A stretch of 64,000 nucleotides of DNA from Marsupella aquatica (lineage: Eukaryota; Plantae; Marchantiophyta), in NCBI GenBank assembly GCA_973895155.1, contig OZ316896.1, forward strand, positions 17,224,754 to 17,288,753, in the 5' to 3' direction. Position numbers and translations under genes: made by a program. Positions 48,480 through 61,440 of this stretch are shown in pieces. The number at the start of each line of letters is the position of its first letter. Within the stretch, counting starts at the first letter, position 1. The notes beneath the pieces were generated by a model, which did not search any database, had not been told where the DNA came from, and was given only the letters and a program-made list of their open reading frames with translations.

Positions 48480-49780
48480 AGGCAGCCTTGCCAAACTGCC
48501 CAGTAAATAGACTTCTACTTAAATGGAGAGGATGATAGACTGCCAAGCTTGGCCCAATAAAAAAACGTTCAGCCTTGCCAACTGCCCAGTAAATAGAGAT
48601 TGCCCGGTTATAGAGTCCTACTGAAATGGAGAGAATAAAATTTTCTCTGCAGGAGAGTTGTACTGTAGTTAAATCTCTGCCCAGCAATGGAGTGCTCCTA
48701 AAATGGAGAGGATGAACTTTGCCCAGTATAATAGAGTACTCCTAAAATGGAGAGGATGAACTTTGCACAGTAACGGAGCTCTACTTAAATAGAGAGGATT
48801 ATAGACCACTAAACTTTGCTAGCAATAGTAGAGTACTACTACAATGGAGAGGATGAAGTTTGCCCAGTAATTGCGTTCTACTTCAATAGAGAGGATTATG
48901 GACCGCTAAACTTCGCTCAGTAACAGAGCACTACTAAAATGGAGAGGGTAAAGTTTTGCCCAGTAAAAGAGTTCTACTTAAATGGAGAGGATGATAAATG
49001 GCTAAACTTTGCCCAGTAATAGAGTACTACTAAAATGGAGAAGATGAACTTTGCCCAGTAAAAGAGTTAGACTTAAATGGAAAGGACGATAGACAGCTGA
49101 ACTTTGCCCAGTAATAGACTACTACTACAATGGAAAGAATGAAGTTTGCCCACTCACAGAGTTCTATTTAAGCCACACCTGCCACTATAAAAGCCTCATT
49201 CCATGTCTCACTACTCACCATAAAAGGTGGAAAGTTAGCATTTTTTGTGGAATACTTGCCAAAAAAAGATTTTGCAGTCAACACCTTTTGTGGAACTCAA
49301 AACCCATTTTTGAACTTGTACTCCTTAAAATGAGAGCTACGGGTTACCCGTAGCCCTTTATAAGGGCAGGTGTGATTTACATGGAGAGGATAATAGACAG
49401 AGTACTACTCTAATGCAGAGGATTGAACTTTGCCCACTAATAGAGTTCTAGTTAAATGGAGAATATGATAGACCGCTAAACTTTGCCCCGAAAATAGAGC
49501 ACTACTAAAATGGAGAGGATAGACTTTGCCCAGTAAAAGAGTTCTAGCTAAATGGAGAGGATGAACTTTGCCCAGTATAAGTTCTCTACTTAAATGGAGA
49601 GGATGATAGCCTGCCGAGTAATAGAGTTCTACTTAAATGGAGAAAATGATAGCCCGCTAAACTTTGCCTCGTAATACAATATTACCAGAATGGAGAGTAT
49701 GAACTTTGCCCAGTGAAAGAGTTCTAGTTAAATGGAGAGGATGATAGATTGCCCTAAACTTTACACAGTAATATCATTGT
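48480..49780. repeat. Minisatellite with alternating ~42- and ~53-bp units (~21 units)
   Basis: Recurring AAATGGAGAGGATG and AACTTTGCCCAGTAA, with GAGTACTACT and GAGTTCTACTT variants alternating. Confidence 0.93.
49171..49377. mobile_element. ~207-bp MITE inserted in the minisatellite
   Basis: TIRs AGCCACACCTGCCACTATAA and TTATAAGGGCAGGTGTGATT, with TA/TTA duplicated on both sides. Excision restores a normal repeat unit. Internal hairpin GCTACGGGT-T-ACCCGTAGC. Confidence 0.8.
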
Positions 49781-51832
49781 ATTGCACGCACAAAGTATCC
49801 AACCGCTCGTGGACGGCATACCCTCAGACTAAGATTGTGAAAACTGCTGAATCCCTGGTCAGTTTTCAGACTACTATTGTGAACTGCTGCTGAAGTCCGG
49901 CTATGGAGAAGTTTTAGTTATTTGTACAGTACTTTCTGGCATATGCTCCCCCATAGTGTATCTGATGATGGCCAATGGCAATTTTTTTATAATTTTCGCC
50001 TTAGTATCATTCACCTGTTATTCAGGTAAGTGATTGGCGAGTTTTCAACCACAATAAAATGGCTGGGTGAGCCACATGAAGTGGCTGAGGAAGTGGTTCC
50101 GGATCGGAGCAGTCTTTGGCAAATAAAAACCATAAAAACGATTTACATTCAGGTCACTACACACTTCGCCCCGGGAAGGAGTTCGGCCAGCATTCCTTCA
50201 AATTGGATACGTCTTGCGACACAAGGTCAGAATACCACTGCATTGCATTCTGCAAATCTGAAATTTTCTTCTTGGAGAAGAGCACAGATGTTGCTGTAGA
50301 TGGTTAATATTAAGTATGGAAGAAATGCACCACTACTGGTGATTTCTTCCATTCATTGGTCGGAGCATATGTTTCAAATGGTCCCCTCACCTGTGTTTGT
50401 TTCTCTCATACTTGAACAATAAACCAACCGCATGCCATAGTCCTTGATAATGAATGCGTGGCTGAGTTGATAGTTCTCTCAATGTACTAATTTAAGGCAT
50501 ATTTGTAAAGTTCTTTATTCCCTAAGATTTGCCAAAAAGATATCCAGCTTCTTTGCAAATATTCCAAAGTGGTGTGAAAATCCACTAGATCAGTTGCCTG
50601 ATCAAGAAATGTGTATTAATTGCTGGCAGACAAATAATTTCCCCACACAAATGGGTGGGCAGATGTAAGATTCTGAAACAAGGAAACCACCAAATGCTTT
50701 AACTTCGAAAACCTGTCAGCTGTAACATTCCAAAAAGTCCTCTTAAAAATTGAAAACTGCACCAGATTACAGAGTTTTACAACCTGGTCACCGCTTCCAA
50801 TCCATCAATTGGTATACATTGCAAGAATGGTGGTAGCATATTAAATGGTATCTACACATTTGGAGACTATTTTACAAGTGGTCAATAGTCTCACGAACGC
50901 TAAAGAATCAGTCCCAAGCAGAAAGAACTAAAGATTCAATGAGTGTATCAATTCCTCTAACACACATTATCGACTCCCTGATACCAGTGGATTGTTCCAA
51001 GACGGGCATCTATGTACAATGTAAAGTGGTTATGCAACGGCCCGTTCCCAACTATATATTCACAGAGAGGGGAATTTGGATACTTGCATGATTGACACTG
51101 AAGTTGCACTACTTGCCCTTGCTCTTCCCAGTAGAGCTGAACTGCACATGTCTACTGAGAATTCCCATTTCAGATGCAATCTGGTGACGAAGCTCTTACT
51201 GTGATGAATAAGAAAAATGGAATCGTAGATTTGTTAACAACAGCTCAAAATCAGTACCGCAACTGTTAAAAGGTCTACGTGGCATTTTTTTTCTCCACAA
51301 AAGTAATTACGCCATCAGGTGGTGTGATAGAGAGAGAGGTAATGGGGAGGTGATGGGGAGCAACAGTTGTGATTCTTACGAAGCAGACTGCTGATTTCCT
51401 ACTTCCTTTGTGGCGAAACAGATCCTGCACCTGGTAAGGAAAGGACAACGGCATTGGAAGGCAAACTTACTCGGACACCGGTGGACACTCAGCGCAAAGT
51501 AAAAAATATCCACTTACAGAACACCTTGAGCTGCTAATGCAGCAAAGCAGCTGTTGCCATGAAGACCAGGTCCAGAGCCTCCTGCACACTCCATGGATCT
51601 AAAGCCAAAGAGTTGACTCCTTTAGCTCAGCATTCTCCATGCACATCGTATAGACGGAAGGTGTAGACCCAGCGAGAGGGATGGATGAACAGTTTTGGAC
51701 TGTCAGTGTACACAAACTCCGACTTCCATGCCTGTCTGCCTTCATACCGAAGCTTCTGCCTCACCATGCTTTCATTACCATTACAGTCAATTGGTATGGC
51801 TTCTGGGGGACACTGTTATGTGGAGAAGTGCT

Positions 51833-54536
51833 TCAAACCAGGCCAACTGCAGTTCTCAATCTGCGGCCCAACTCCTTCCTGCTCGTTTCATAAAGACGTA
51901 GAGATATAGATTAGCGTCATGTCAAGAGCAATCAGACCTGCTCATTTCATAAAGGTGTAGAGAAATTGATTAAGCTCATGTCAAGAGCATCTGACCTGCT
52001 CATCTTGTATAGATATAGAGAAATTGATTAGCGTCATGTCAAAAGCATTCATGTCAAGAGCATTCAGGCAAAGTTTTGTCAAATGATGTAACAGACAGCA
52101 TAGCCCAACTGACAGAATAGCCCATCGTATCACCCGCGAATCATTACTTCACTTTCTTGACGAGAAAAGTTTCAGACAGCTGCAGATTCTGACGTTTCTG
52201 GTGATCGCAAGTTTTTAGATATGAGGAAACAAATTTACTCAGGCCACAGGAGAAGCAATGGTTTCAACCTCATGCGCTGACGGTCCACCGAAGTGTTGCC
52301 GAAGACTCCACGATTTTCATGAGCCCTCCGCACGAGATAAGGGACGACATGTATCACGGGCCCAAAAGGAACGTATTTGCTCACGTTGAATCCTGCGTGC
52401 ACTAGCGCCAAAGACAAGCTATCGGCCATGCCTTTCAGCTGAGCGAAATGAACCCGCGGATCGGCCTTGTCCAAACCAAGCTCAAATGCTCTCTGAGCAA
52501 GAATTCTCCCTGGACACAATTATTATCCACCATGAGGTGAGTACTGATTTCGACAAACTAATTTATTGAAAGAACGTTTTATACACAGGTTCTCACGAAA
52601 TGCTTCCCCTGCTTCTCTGGAAGTCCTTCAAATCACCATCAACCTAAAACTCACCTTCCGTAGAGCTCTCGAAGATCTGGCAGCGAGTGCGGTTTTCTAT
52701 CTATCCAAACAATTCACAAAGAAATGATTGGAATAAAATTGCATGAGATTCGAATCTATTCAAACGGTGACCTCACGTTGATGAAGTCGTGAAACGAGAA
52801 TTCTCCAAACTCAGCGACATATAGATGTACCTTTGAAACGACAGAAATCCAAATTAAACTGAGAAGGAAAGTACCAGAAGTAGAATTGTGCGTGGCGAGC
52901 ACAATTGCCGCGTTCCCTGACGTGACGCGATGGAGCATCCTAGACGCACACTGGTTGTAGCAGTTGTGCGTGTCGCCAGCACTGTCATGGATTGGAGAAG
53001 GAAATCCTAGAGAACTAGCCAGTGCACTTTCTCGCACGATGTATGCTCCCCTCACAAGTTTCAAAGCCAGAAAGGCGTTGCGTCTAGATGCCTCGGCCAT
53101 TGCTAGAGAAAGACGAGAAGGTGTGTCTTTCATATATGCCTGCATTGTGACATAAACAATCAGCCTCCCACCCGTGTTAAATTCGAATACTGCCACATAT
53201 GTCATGTAGTCGATTCCAGGTTGGATGTTCGTATACTCAGCGTCTAAGAGAATGGGTATGTTTTCCTTCTCGCAACTCTCGCATATCAGCCTCAAGCGCT
53301 GTTGGGCCCTGAGAAAAGCGGCTTCTTCTTCTGAACTCAGGGGCTCCGGGGCACTCTGAGTTTGATAGATTGGGCTCTCTGGGGCAAGGACGGGCAGGCC
53401 GTCCTGTTTCCATGGCAGCTTGTACTCGGGATTCTTTAGCTGCCATCTTAAGTGGTCGCTCACCCGTTCCAATAGCACGATTGGACAAATTGCGGAGATT
53501 TTCACGCAAACGAAGCTCACCTGTAGGACAGCGAGTGAACCAAACTTTAGCGTAATCAGTCTTAAAAATTATTCGTGGCAAGCGAGGACCGCCCTGCAGA
53601 ACAATTGAACATTACACCTCAAGCTTATAATTGCAAAAAGAAGATAATGCTGGCAGTCTCCAGATGACAGTGTTCCTCAGAGAGAAGGAGGCATACCGCT
53701 CTGGGTGGCAATTCTCTGCTCGACGCAATAGTTTTCAAAAAGCCCGCGCAATTATCATCACAAAACTCCTCATCTTCGGCATCCTCCAGGCTGTAGTCCA
53801 GCACACCTCTCAGACCAAGCTCCCACATCCTGGTCAGAGTTTGCCCAGCCTCGATGCTGTTTTCTCCAGCACAAAAGTGAGAGTATGCTGTCCGTTTGAC
53901 TATCCACAGCAACGGAGTGGAAGTCACGGGCCATCTTAGTAACCGAGAATTCAACACTTTCAGGCTCAACTCCACCAGCGGCTCGTACGACAGCAGCTGA
54001 AGATTGCTCAGCGTGACCAGCAGTTCCTTCGATGTCATATCTGAATACAGAATTTCACCGTCGTCTGTCAACTCTACTCCGGAAACAGCTATTGGAGCCG
54101 TTGAACCTGGTCTTGAACCATGCACACTCTCCACATTGTCAATTGCAGTTGCCTCTGCAGCGCGTGCTGCGCTAGCTGAGGACTTCGACTCAATGGAAGA
54201 CGAATGCAGGTGTCTCTTTGTAAGCTCGTCGATTTCGTCGGTAGTCCGTCGAAGCGCTTGTTGTGGGGCATTATGCGAGAATCCTGCAACAACTGTACTC
54301 GGACTTCCATAATTCCAAGTGTGTCCAGGTTTCACCGTCCTGTATCCACCATTCGTGAATTCCCGAGTTGCTCCACTCGAATTCAACAAATTGTTTCGTG
54401 TCACGCGACTATAGCCTCCCGTGGATGATGATGATAATAACCTCCAGACTTCGCCAAAATCCCGAGCAGCCGAAACATCAGAAACTGCGCCACAAAGTCT
54501 TCGTCCCAGAATGCGACCGCGATGCGGCCATGCCAT
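51833..54536 (-). CDS. ProDH: Proline dehydrogenase, mitochondrial, ~590 aa
   Basis: Exons 54536-53697, 53520-52875, 52509-52269 and 51878-51833, all GT-AG with consistent phase. Motifs HFCAGE, LDYSLE, VKISA, LLDAE, KLVRGAY, LATHN, FAQLKGM, KYVPFG, YLVRRAHEN and MRKELGRR. Arg/Ser-rich N-terminal transit-like peptide. Confidence 0.95.
51878..52050. repeat. Three ~58-bp tandem copies spanning the last ProDH 3' splice site
   Basis: CCTGCTC...GATTAG/GATTAA...CATGTCAAGAGCA units start at 51878, 51937 and 51995. Confidence 0.85.
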
Positions 54537-55289
54537 CTATGTAGTAGAGACGGGATAGTTCCCCAGTCTCTTCAATCCCAGTGAATTTCCAACACCAGCT
54601 CAGGACAAGATGAATCTCCACCTAGCTGTGAGCTTGGGGCTCCTTGTCTCTCGACAAAAAGAACACTCACTCGCTTCAATTCGTCGCACTCCGTATGGAA
54701 CGCTTGAGAAAATCCAGCTAGAGTTGCTTCCCGCAACAGGGTGCCAGCGCTGCGGGAGGTCGAGGAACTCACAGTCTAATCAGTCCCGCCTCAGAGCTGC
54801 CATCTCCGGAACGACGAAAGGAGATTCCAGCTGAGATGGAAAGAAAACAGCATCTCCCCGCCCTACAAAACAACTTCCACATGAAATTCCAAACCAACGC
54901 CTGATGACTTGCTCCGCCTTAAAAAACTGGAAACGCGGAATTTCTCTCCAATGATCAAAACACACAGCAGCACTTGGCATACACAGCGCCGCCAAACGAG
55001 CCTTAAAACCTGGACACGCAAAATTCTCTCAAATTAATCAACGATCAAACCACACAGCAGCACTTGGCATGCGCCTCACCACCAATTGAGCTTCAGGTAC
55101 AGCACTCATCGTCGAGACTCTAGAGTACACTTTCTCGACGCATTCGACAAACTGGAGCAGCGAATCCCTCGCTTTTCGCCGATTGTCGACGCACCAGAAC
55201 CAACCAGTGACAAATGCCGGTACAAATAGGTGTCGATTTCACGAGGAGAAGCAGCGCCACTCTCACGACGATTTTCGCCAGTCTGCCAT

Positions 55290-55324
55290 CTCTATCTCCT
55301 CTCTCTCTCTCTCTCTCTCTCTCG
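55290..55324. repeat. (CT)n microsatellite upstream of the ProDH coding start
   Basis: Direct CT dinucleotide run. Confidence 0.9.
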
Positions 55325-56613
55325 CTCTCGCTGTGTCTCCATCGCACGAGCTTTATGCAGTGCGGCTTTTGTGGGCGATGAGAAATGAGAATTGCTGTCG
55401 GGACCATCTTTTCGGGAGTAGTTGAGACAAGTCAGCTCGACAATTATGAAGATGGGCGATTGGCCAGAAGGAAGGGAGTCGTGACTGAGTGACTGCTGTA
55501 CCACTTCCAGCACAGCCTGACGTAAGTCTAGTGAGGTAAACAGTAAAACAGGGGTGTCAAAATAGGGCCATAAAGTGAGATACTCCCAGGGACACAAACT
55601 CAAACTGGTTTGCCCCAATTTGTGGCAAGACCAAAATTAGGGGCTACCTAATACATGCTCCCTAACTTCTTTCTTGGCCCTTTGGTTGTCCCCCCCTTGA
55701 TTGGATCTTTTGTCCTAGATCATGTCTCCTGGGTGGGAGCCCTTGGTTTTTGGCAGTTTGAAATATATAATATAATTTTCTTCTTCAAAACATTGGCTGA
55801 TGCATCTACCATCCTTTTCATCCTCTCCATTTATGTACATAATCACAAGTGTACCCAACTTATGTCCTTTCAAAATACAGTCTGAAAAGGTGGGCTAAAC
55901 TTTTTTCCAAAACCAGTCTACACTCCACATAAGCATTTTGGGGATGCACTCTGCTCCATGTAGGATTGGGAGATTTCTTATCCAAGTGACTTCTCAATCT
56001 CTGTAAAGCCAAAATGGATGAGTCACTCTCGGGGTCACTCTTCTTTAGATTTGGTTGTTATTGTTTGGGAGTACATCTGAGCAAACTAGAGATCTAGATA
56101 GAGAATTGTTCCCTTAGTTGGATTCTGGAATTGAAAAAGTGGATTGTTTGTAACATAAGTTAATGACTTTTTCAATGATCATGGTACCATAACGTGAGCT
56201 AATTATTATACTATTCAAGTGTTTCTCTGAATATTAAACTGAATATTATATGCTGTTAGTTAAATATTATCAACTCACCAGTCAAGATTATACCACTCTT
56301 ATATAGTAGCCACCTAAGCTTTGAGAATATTTGTTGGTAGCTATCATGATTTAAACATTTAGAGTTACATGCAAAGGGAAAACAAATATAAGCAAAACTT
56401 TGTTAAATGGCAAGCCAGGTGACAACTACAAGAAGACTTTAAATTGAGTGTTATTTCTTATTTTCTCCCCTTCAATAGAACTAGCAAACACAAAATGGAT
56501 GACACTTTTAACAGAACAAAACATTTAAGGTAAAAAAAAATCAACAAGCAAATTTGGGGGAATTTGCCTTGAAAGCCAAAAACAGACCCATCAAACAGAG
56601 CATACACTCTATA

Positions 56614-56726
56614 CTCCAGAGCATAAGATTCTGTAGGGTAGCCACAAGGGGAACAATACAAAAGGGATTGGGCAAGGACGTCCAGAGGATAAGATTCTGT
56701 AGGGTAGCCAAAGGGGGAACAATACC
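56614..56726. repeat. ~67-bp tandem duplication
   Basis: TCCAGAG.ATAAGATTCTGTAGGGTAGCCA.A.GGGGAACAATAC occurs twice. Confidence 0.8.
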
Positions 56727-59700
56727 GAGGTACTTGGCAAGCGCCCAAACAAGGAGGGAGAGAGAGGCTTAAACTAGGGCCCCAAAGCTGACCCCCAAAG
56801 CTGACCAGCTAGGGATGGAAGAGTAACAAAGACTCCCACCACCACCCCCCTCCCCACCCACACCTCACACATACCCGCAGGACCCCTTGCCTGTAGAGGG
56901 AGTTAATTTGGGGGTTTTTGGCCCCATATTTCCTTTGTACTTGTCGCAGCAGGTCCCACAGACTGCAGTAGTGGGGATTTGTACATAAAGGAAGCACTCT
57001 TCTGTAACCTTTCTGTTTTGGTATGTGAAGGTGTTAGAGTTTTCCCTATTGTGCCATAGGTGGTTATCTGTCATTTTGTCTTGCGTTCAGGGTGAGTTAA
57101 GGTTCCAACCCGATATAAACTGCCGTGTGTTTGATTAGAGTGTGAAATTGCACTAATGCTTCTAAAATGGACTATACTCTAAGTCGCCCAGAGTTCTTGT
57201 GTTTCTATTTTGTGAGCTCCCATAAACTTCATGAGCTGCCACCGACGTTGCGCTGCCATGGATTTCAGAGTCAGGAGCTCTATTCAATTGCTTCAAGACA
57301 GGATTTCGGGACAAGACTGGTGAATTGATGTGTACATTGGTTGACAACTCGAATTCCCAGCTCGGAATTTTGAATGTTGTTTTGACCCATTTCAATTTCG
57401 TTCTGGTTGAAAGCTCATGATTTCAGCTCTCTGTGAATTGGGATTGCAAATTGTTTCCAATTGGTCCATTCCGTCTAGGTTCAGCAGTCTGTGGAGTGAC
57501 TCACAGTGGAGTACTCAGTAAACCCAACCTGAATTTTGGTGAGTTACCAGATTTACGGCTACGAATTTTGGGGCCTAACTCAATATACTTTTCTGAGTTT
57601 AATACTTTTCATTTACGCATAACTCTATTACTTGAGCCTTTTGTGACCATGTAACTTTAGTGAATAGCTTTGGTCACGATCCTGTTTAGGATGACAGTAT
57701 ATGGGACACTAGCAATTGACGGCAACAGAGCAGCAGTGCGGATTCCGTAAGCCAAGCCATCACCTCAACGCCCAGAATTGCCATGGAGTGCATCACTAAA
57801 CTATTGTTGTTGTCTGTACTGGGCTTTTCGTCTTTTGACCAGGGATTCAAAACCATTTCATGCTAGTTCCTTTCATCCGATCCCATTGCTTTCTTTCCCT
57901 GCACGTATCGGGCATGATCCGCTGCCCCTTCTCCGGGCCTGGTGTTGGTTTCCCCAACTGAGGTTGTTGATGGAGCTCGTTGGTTCTCAGAGAATTTGAA
58001 GACGAACTATTAGAAAGTCCATTCCTTCATTCCTCAATTCTCATTCAATCCTTGACATTTGTTCTGGCTGAGACAAGCGAATTCTGGGGGACTCGGTTAC
58101 TGAAATTTTTCTAGTGCCGGAGCATTGAGGAATCCAGAACTGCTATAGACGGAAAGGAGGACTGTTTCGGTTTTGTACCAATTTCCTGAAACTGGTTGAC
58201 TCGCCTTAACGCAGCAAAGTCTGAGAGGACCGTAAAGCAACGGTTTTTGTGTGACTTCTTTTATGGTTGGGTTTATGGGCATGCCGCACGTTAGGAATCC
58301 CTCAAAGCATCAAGTGTTTCAGGGTCTGATTAGTTGGCTACTCTTTTGCCGCCTTGCTGCCTTTTGTTGAGTAGTAGATGCTGACCTATTTCAATTCTGT
58401 ACACAAAATTGGACGATAGTCGAGGTTCTACGGTTAATGGTTTTTTTTATCAGTTTTCGTATCCTCTCAAGATGGTAAAGTCTTAAACCTTCTCTGATGT
58501 CTGTGTTATATCGCGTCTTGTCGATTCCCAGGGTGGCAATTGTTTCATTCGCATTCCCGTCATTCGTGGATGGTGAACAAATGCCAAAATAAAGGCACAA
58601 GCAATCCCCTTTCAGCCAAGCATATCTGTTCTGAACTGCAATATCTTGGTTTTTTGCTGAGATCTTGCTGGTCAATGAGCTGAAATCAAGACTCTCTGTC
58701 AGCCTTGGTAGCAATCAGTGATGTAGATTTTGTCATCTTTTCTTTGGACATGTAGTTATTTATTTCATAACCATGAACTATTTACGAGTGATAGTAAGGT
58801 CACGAAGGGACTTAACCGATTATCCCAGCAGTTTGCACTAATGCAATTCGAGTTCCACTGTGTCCCGTGTCTCGTGTTGAAGATTTTCTATTCACGGCAA
58901 AACGTTAGAAGTACTCGTCTGGAAAAATAGAATCAATCAACATACGTCAATCGTCTGATGTCCACAGGCTCTCACATTTTTGCTCACTTCGATGGCGACT
59001 GTGGATTGCTTTTCTCCTCCTGGAATCGAAAGTGCTTTGGCCATTCACGAGTTGCTCATACTTCTTGGACTAATTTTGCAAGAGATATTAGCTCTTCAAA
59101 TTGTCACTTCTCTCAATAATTTCAGTTAGAGTTTCATTTACTCGAGATCTGAAATCAATTCCCCATGAAGTTCATGTCCAGGATGCCCAAATATCATTAA
59201 TCACTGTAGTTCCTTGGACCCGAGATATCTTTGCTAATACAGGAGTGTAGAAACATTATATCCATGTTGAGGTAATCGTATAATAAGTTGTTCAGATTTG
59301 GGCACTCTTCTTCCCTTTACGCTTTTGAGGGGGGAGAGGCAGAGGACATGTCAGCGCTTCCTGCGTCAGGAAGTCAGTTCCTGATGTGGATGCTTGCCGT
59401 TTTTCAGAAGGGTGGCAACAACACTGGATCTCACTAGTTTGGAATTGGAATTGCAGTTTGTTGCTTACTTCGTCCAATGGCTTTTAGTGGAATGATTTGA
59501 GCGGAAGGCAATCGAAAAGCATTAGAATTTTGACAGGGGTCACAAATGAATGCCACAGAAAATTAGCTGGAGGCTTCACAAGCTCTTACCTGAAGCTAGG
59601 GTAGAGTTTATTGACTTTGCACAAGGCCTAGTCCTCCTGTCTTGAATTACATTTCCTACTTCAAATTTGGAATTCCATGTACTGCACGCAGAGGACTGCT

Positions 59701-60751
59701 TGGATATGGAAAAGTTGGAGATGAAGTATGGAGGGACAAGGCTAGGGGGTTAAGGAAAAAATGGTCGTTATAGTCAACACCAGGTAGTTGTACACCGAGT
59801 GTCATGGTACGTTACACAATAAGTTAAATAAGTGTCGTTATCAAGATTTCTCTGTAAATATGAGACCATTTCGAATCAAAATCACATCCTTTAATTTGGG
59901 AAATTCTACTCTTTAAGGACCTTTAATCTGTGTCTTGAATGTCATTGCAAATAAACCGAAACAAGCCAATCAGTTGTGGGGCTAAGAATAGGCATGTAAA
60001 TGTACTTATTTACTCTGGTACCTTGATGCCATGACCCGTGGAGCATGGGAAAGTTTGGTATCCGTCAGTTACTCGCAGTGCTAGCTTTTATTTAGCTGTA
60101 CTATGCTGTCAACTCAGCCTCACTGGAATAGGTGACTTAGTAGTCACAAATTGGCACAGCAATGAAGTCACTCAACCGTATGGTATGGCTGTGCAATGGT
60201 CTTCTTGTTACAACCATCGTGGAAAGGACGAGCCTTGCCGTATCCTCACGGCAGTTTCAGCAGTGAAGTTTCATCGAAAGAAAAAGTCTAGATTAGGCAA
60301 TGAGTCGAGAGTAGGAGAGTTTGAGCGACTGCAAGGTCAGGAGTGTGCCAACTATAGAGGGAATTGGTCCATTTCAGCCAAAAATCGCCTCACTGTCGTT
60401 GGAGCTCAATTGGAAATTTAATGGATCAAAACTAGTATCGTATCCCTCAATCCTTTCGTCCCAGATTGTAAAGAGAAGAAAATGGCTTTAAAGAATGCAG
60501 GCAGCTCACTAATTTAACCACTGCATATTAAGTTTTGTTGTTTCTTTTAACTTTGGATTTATTAAAAAATTCTGCTAAAAATTTTCTTGTTGTGCTGTAG
60601 ATGTTATTCACTCAACAATGGTGGACAGTGGGTTCTGGGCAGGGTAACCCTTCCAATAGGAGGCGGGGCGGCAGTGAGTGAGGGTGGGGTTGGGCAGGGA
60701 GCCTTGTCCAAAAAGGGGTGAGAGCATAATTGAGGGACCAAGCCTGCCAAT

Positions 60752-60820
60752 GGCTGGGACTTGAATTCACTACCTCAAGGGTGCTAGTGAGCTCTGTACC
60801 AACAGTCTAAGCCCTCTCAA
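60752..60820 (-). mobile_element. Possible degenerate tRNA-derived SINE head
   Basis: Minus strand has an A-box-like TTAGACTGTTGG and a B-box-like AATTCAAGTCCC at tRNA-like spacing. No convincing cloverleaf. Confidence 0.3.
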
Positions 60821-61287
60821 AGCAAGACTTCAAAGCAAGGGGGTTATTACTTAGGTACCTTGGGAGGAGAGACCAGACTTTGTAAAACTCTGAGAATAGA
60901 CTGAGAATAGAACATATGAGATGCTCTCTACTTCACACATAATATTTGACACATGTTTTATGAAAACTGGAGTATGGGATGTGTGATGTTAAGTATTTTC
61001 ATTTGTGTGTGTGGACATTGCAACCAAGTGCTTTCATAATGTTTTTTTTTTGGTTTATTGGCCATCACAGTAGGACAGGTGTGAAAGAAACACCAAGCTC
61101 ATGGCATTTACTTTTGAAGCTCTTTCAAAAGCATGAGGTGCACAAGTTTGCAATGGATGGAGCATAACAAGTTGACTTACAGACAATCTGTGAAGTGGAT
61201 TATATGAAACAATGTGATGCACATCATCTCACAAATTTGGGAAGTTGAGGGTGGCTTTACTTGGGGGCAGTTTCCAACTTTCGTTCG

Positions 61288-61440
61288 TCTCCAGGATCTG
61301 ATCGGGGCCATCCATTTGGGAGAAACTACTACTGTTCACTTTACAAAAGGTTGGGGCCAACTCTTTTTTGTCTCCAAGATCTGATCGGGGCCATCCATTT
61401 GGGAGAAACTGCTGCTGTTCACTTTACAAAAGGTTGGGGG
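61288..61440. repeat. ~83-bp tandem duplication
   Basis: TCTCCA.GATCTGATCGGGGCCATCCATTTGGGAGAAACT.CT.CTGTTCACTTTACAAAAGGTTGGGG occurs twice. Confidence 0.9.

Noticed and set aside
48480-49780. CRISPR-like array
   Set aside because: The sequences between the conserved words are themselves homologous rather than unique spacers. There are no cas genes and the context is eukaryotic.
56800-60450. Protein-coding gene divergent from ProDH
   Set aside because: Some splice-like signals, but no ORF with recognisable motifs. It may be a UTR or intron of a gene outside the window and cannot be supported here.
60752-60820. Functional tRNA gene
   Set aside because: A- and B-box-like words only; the stems do not pair convincingly.
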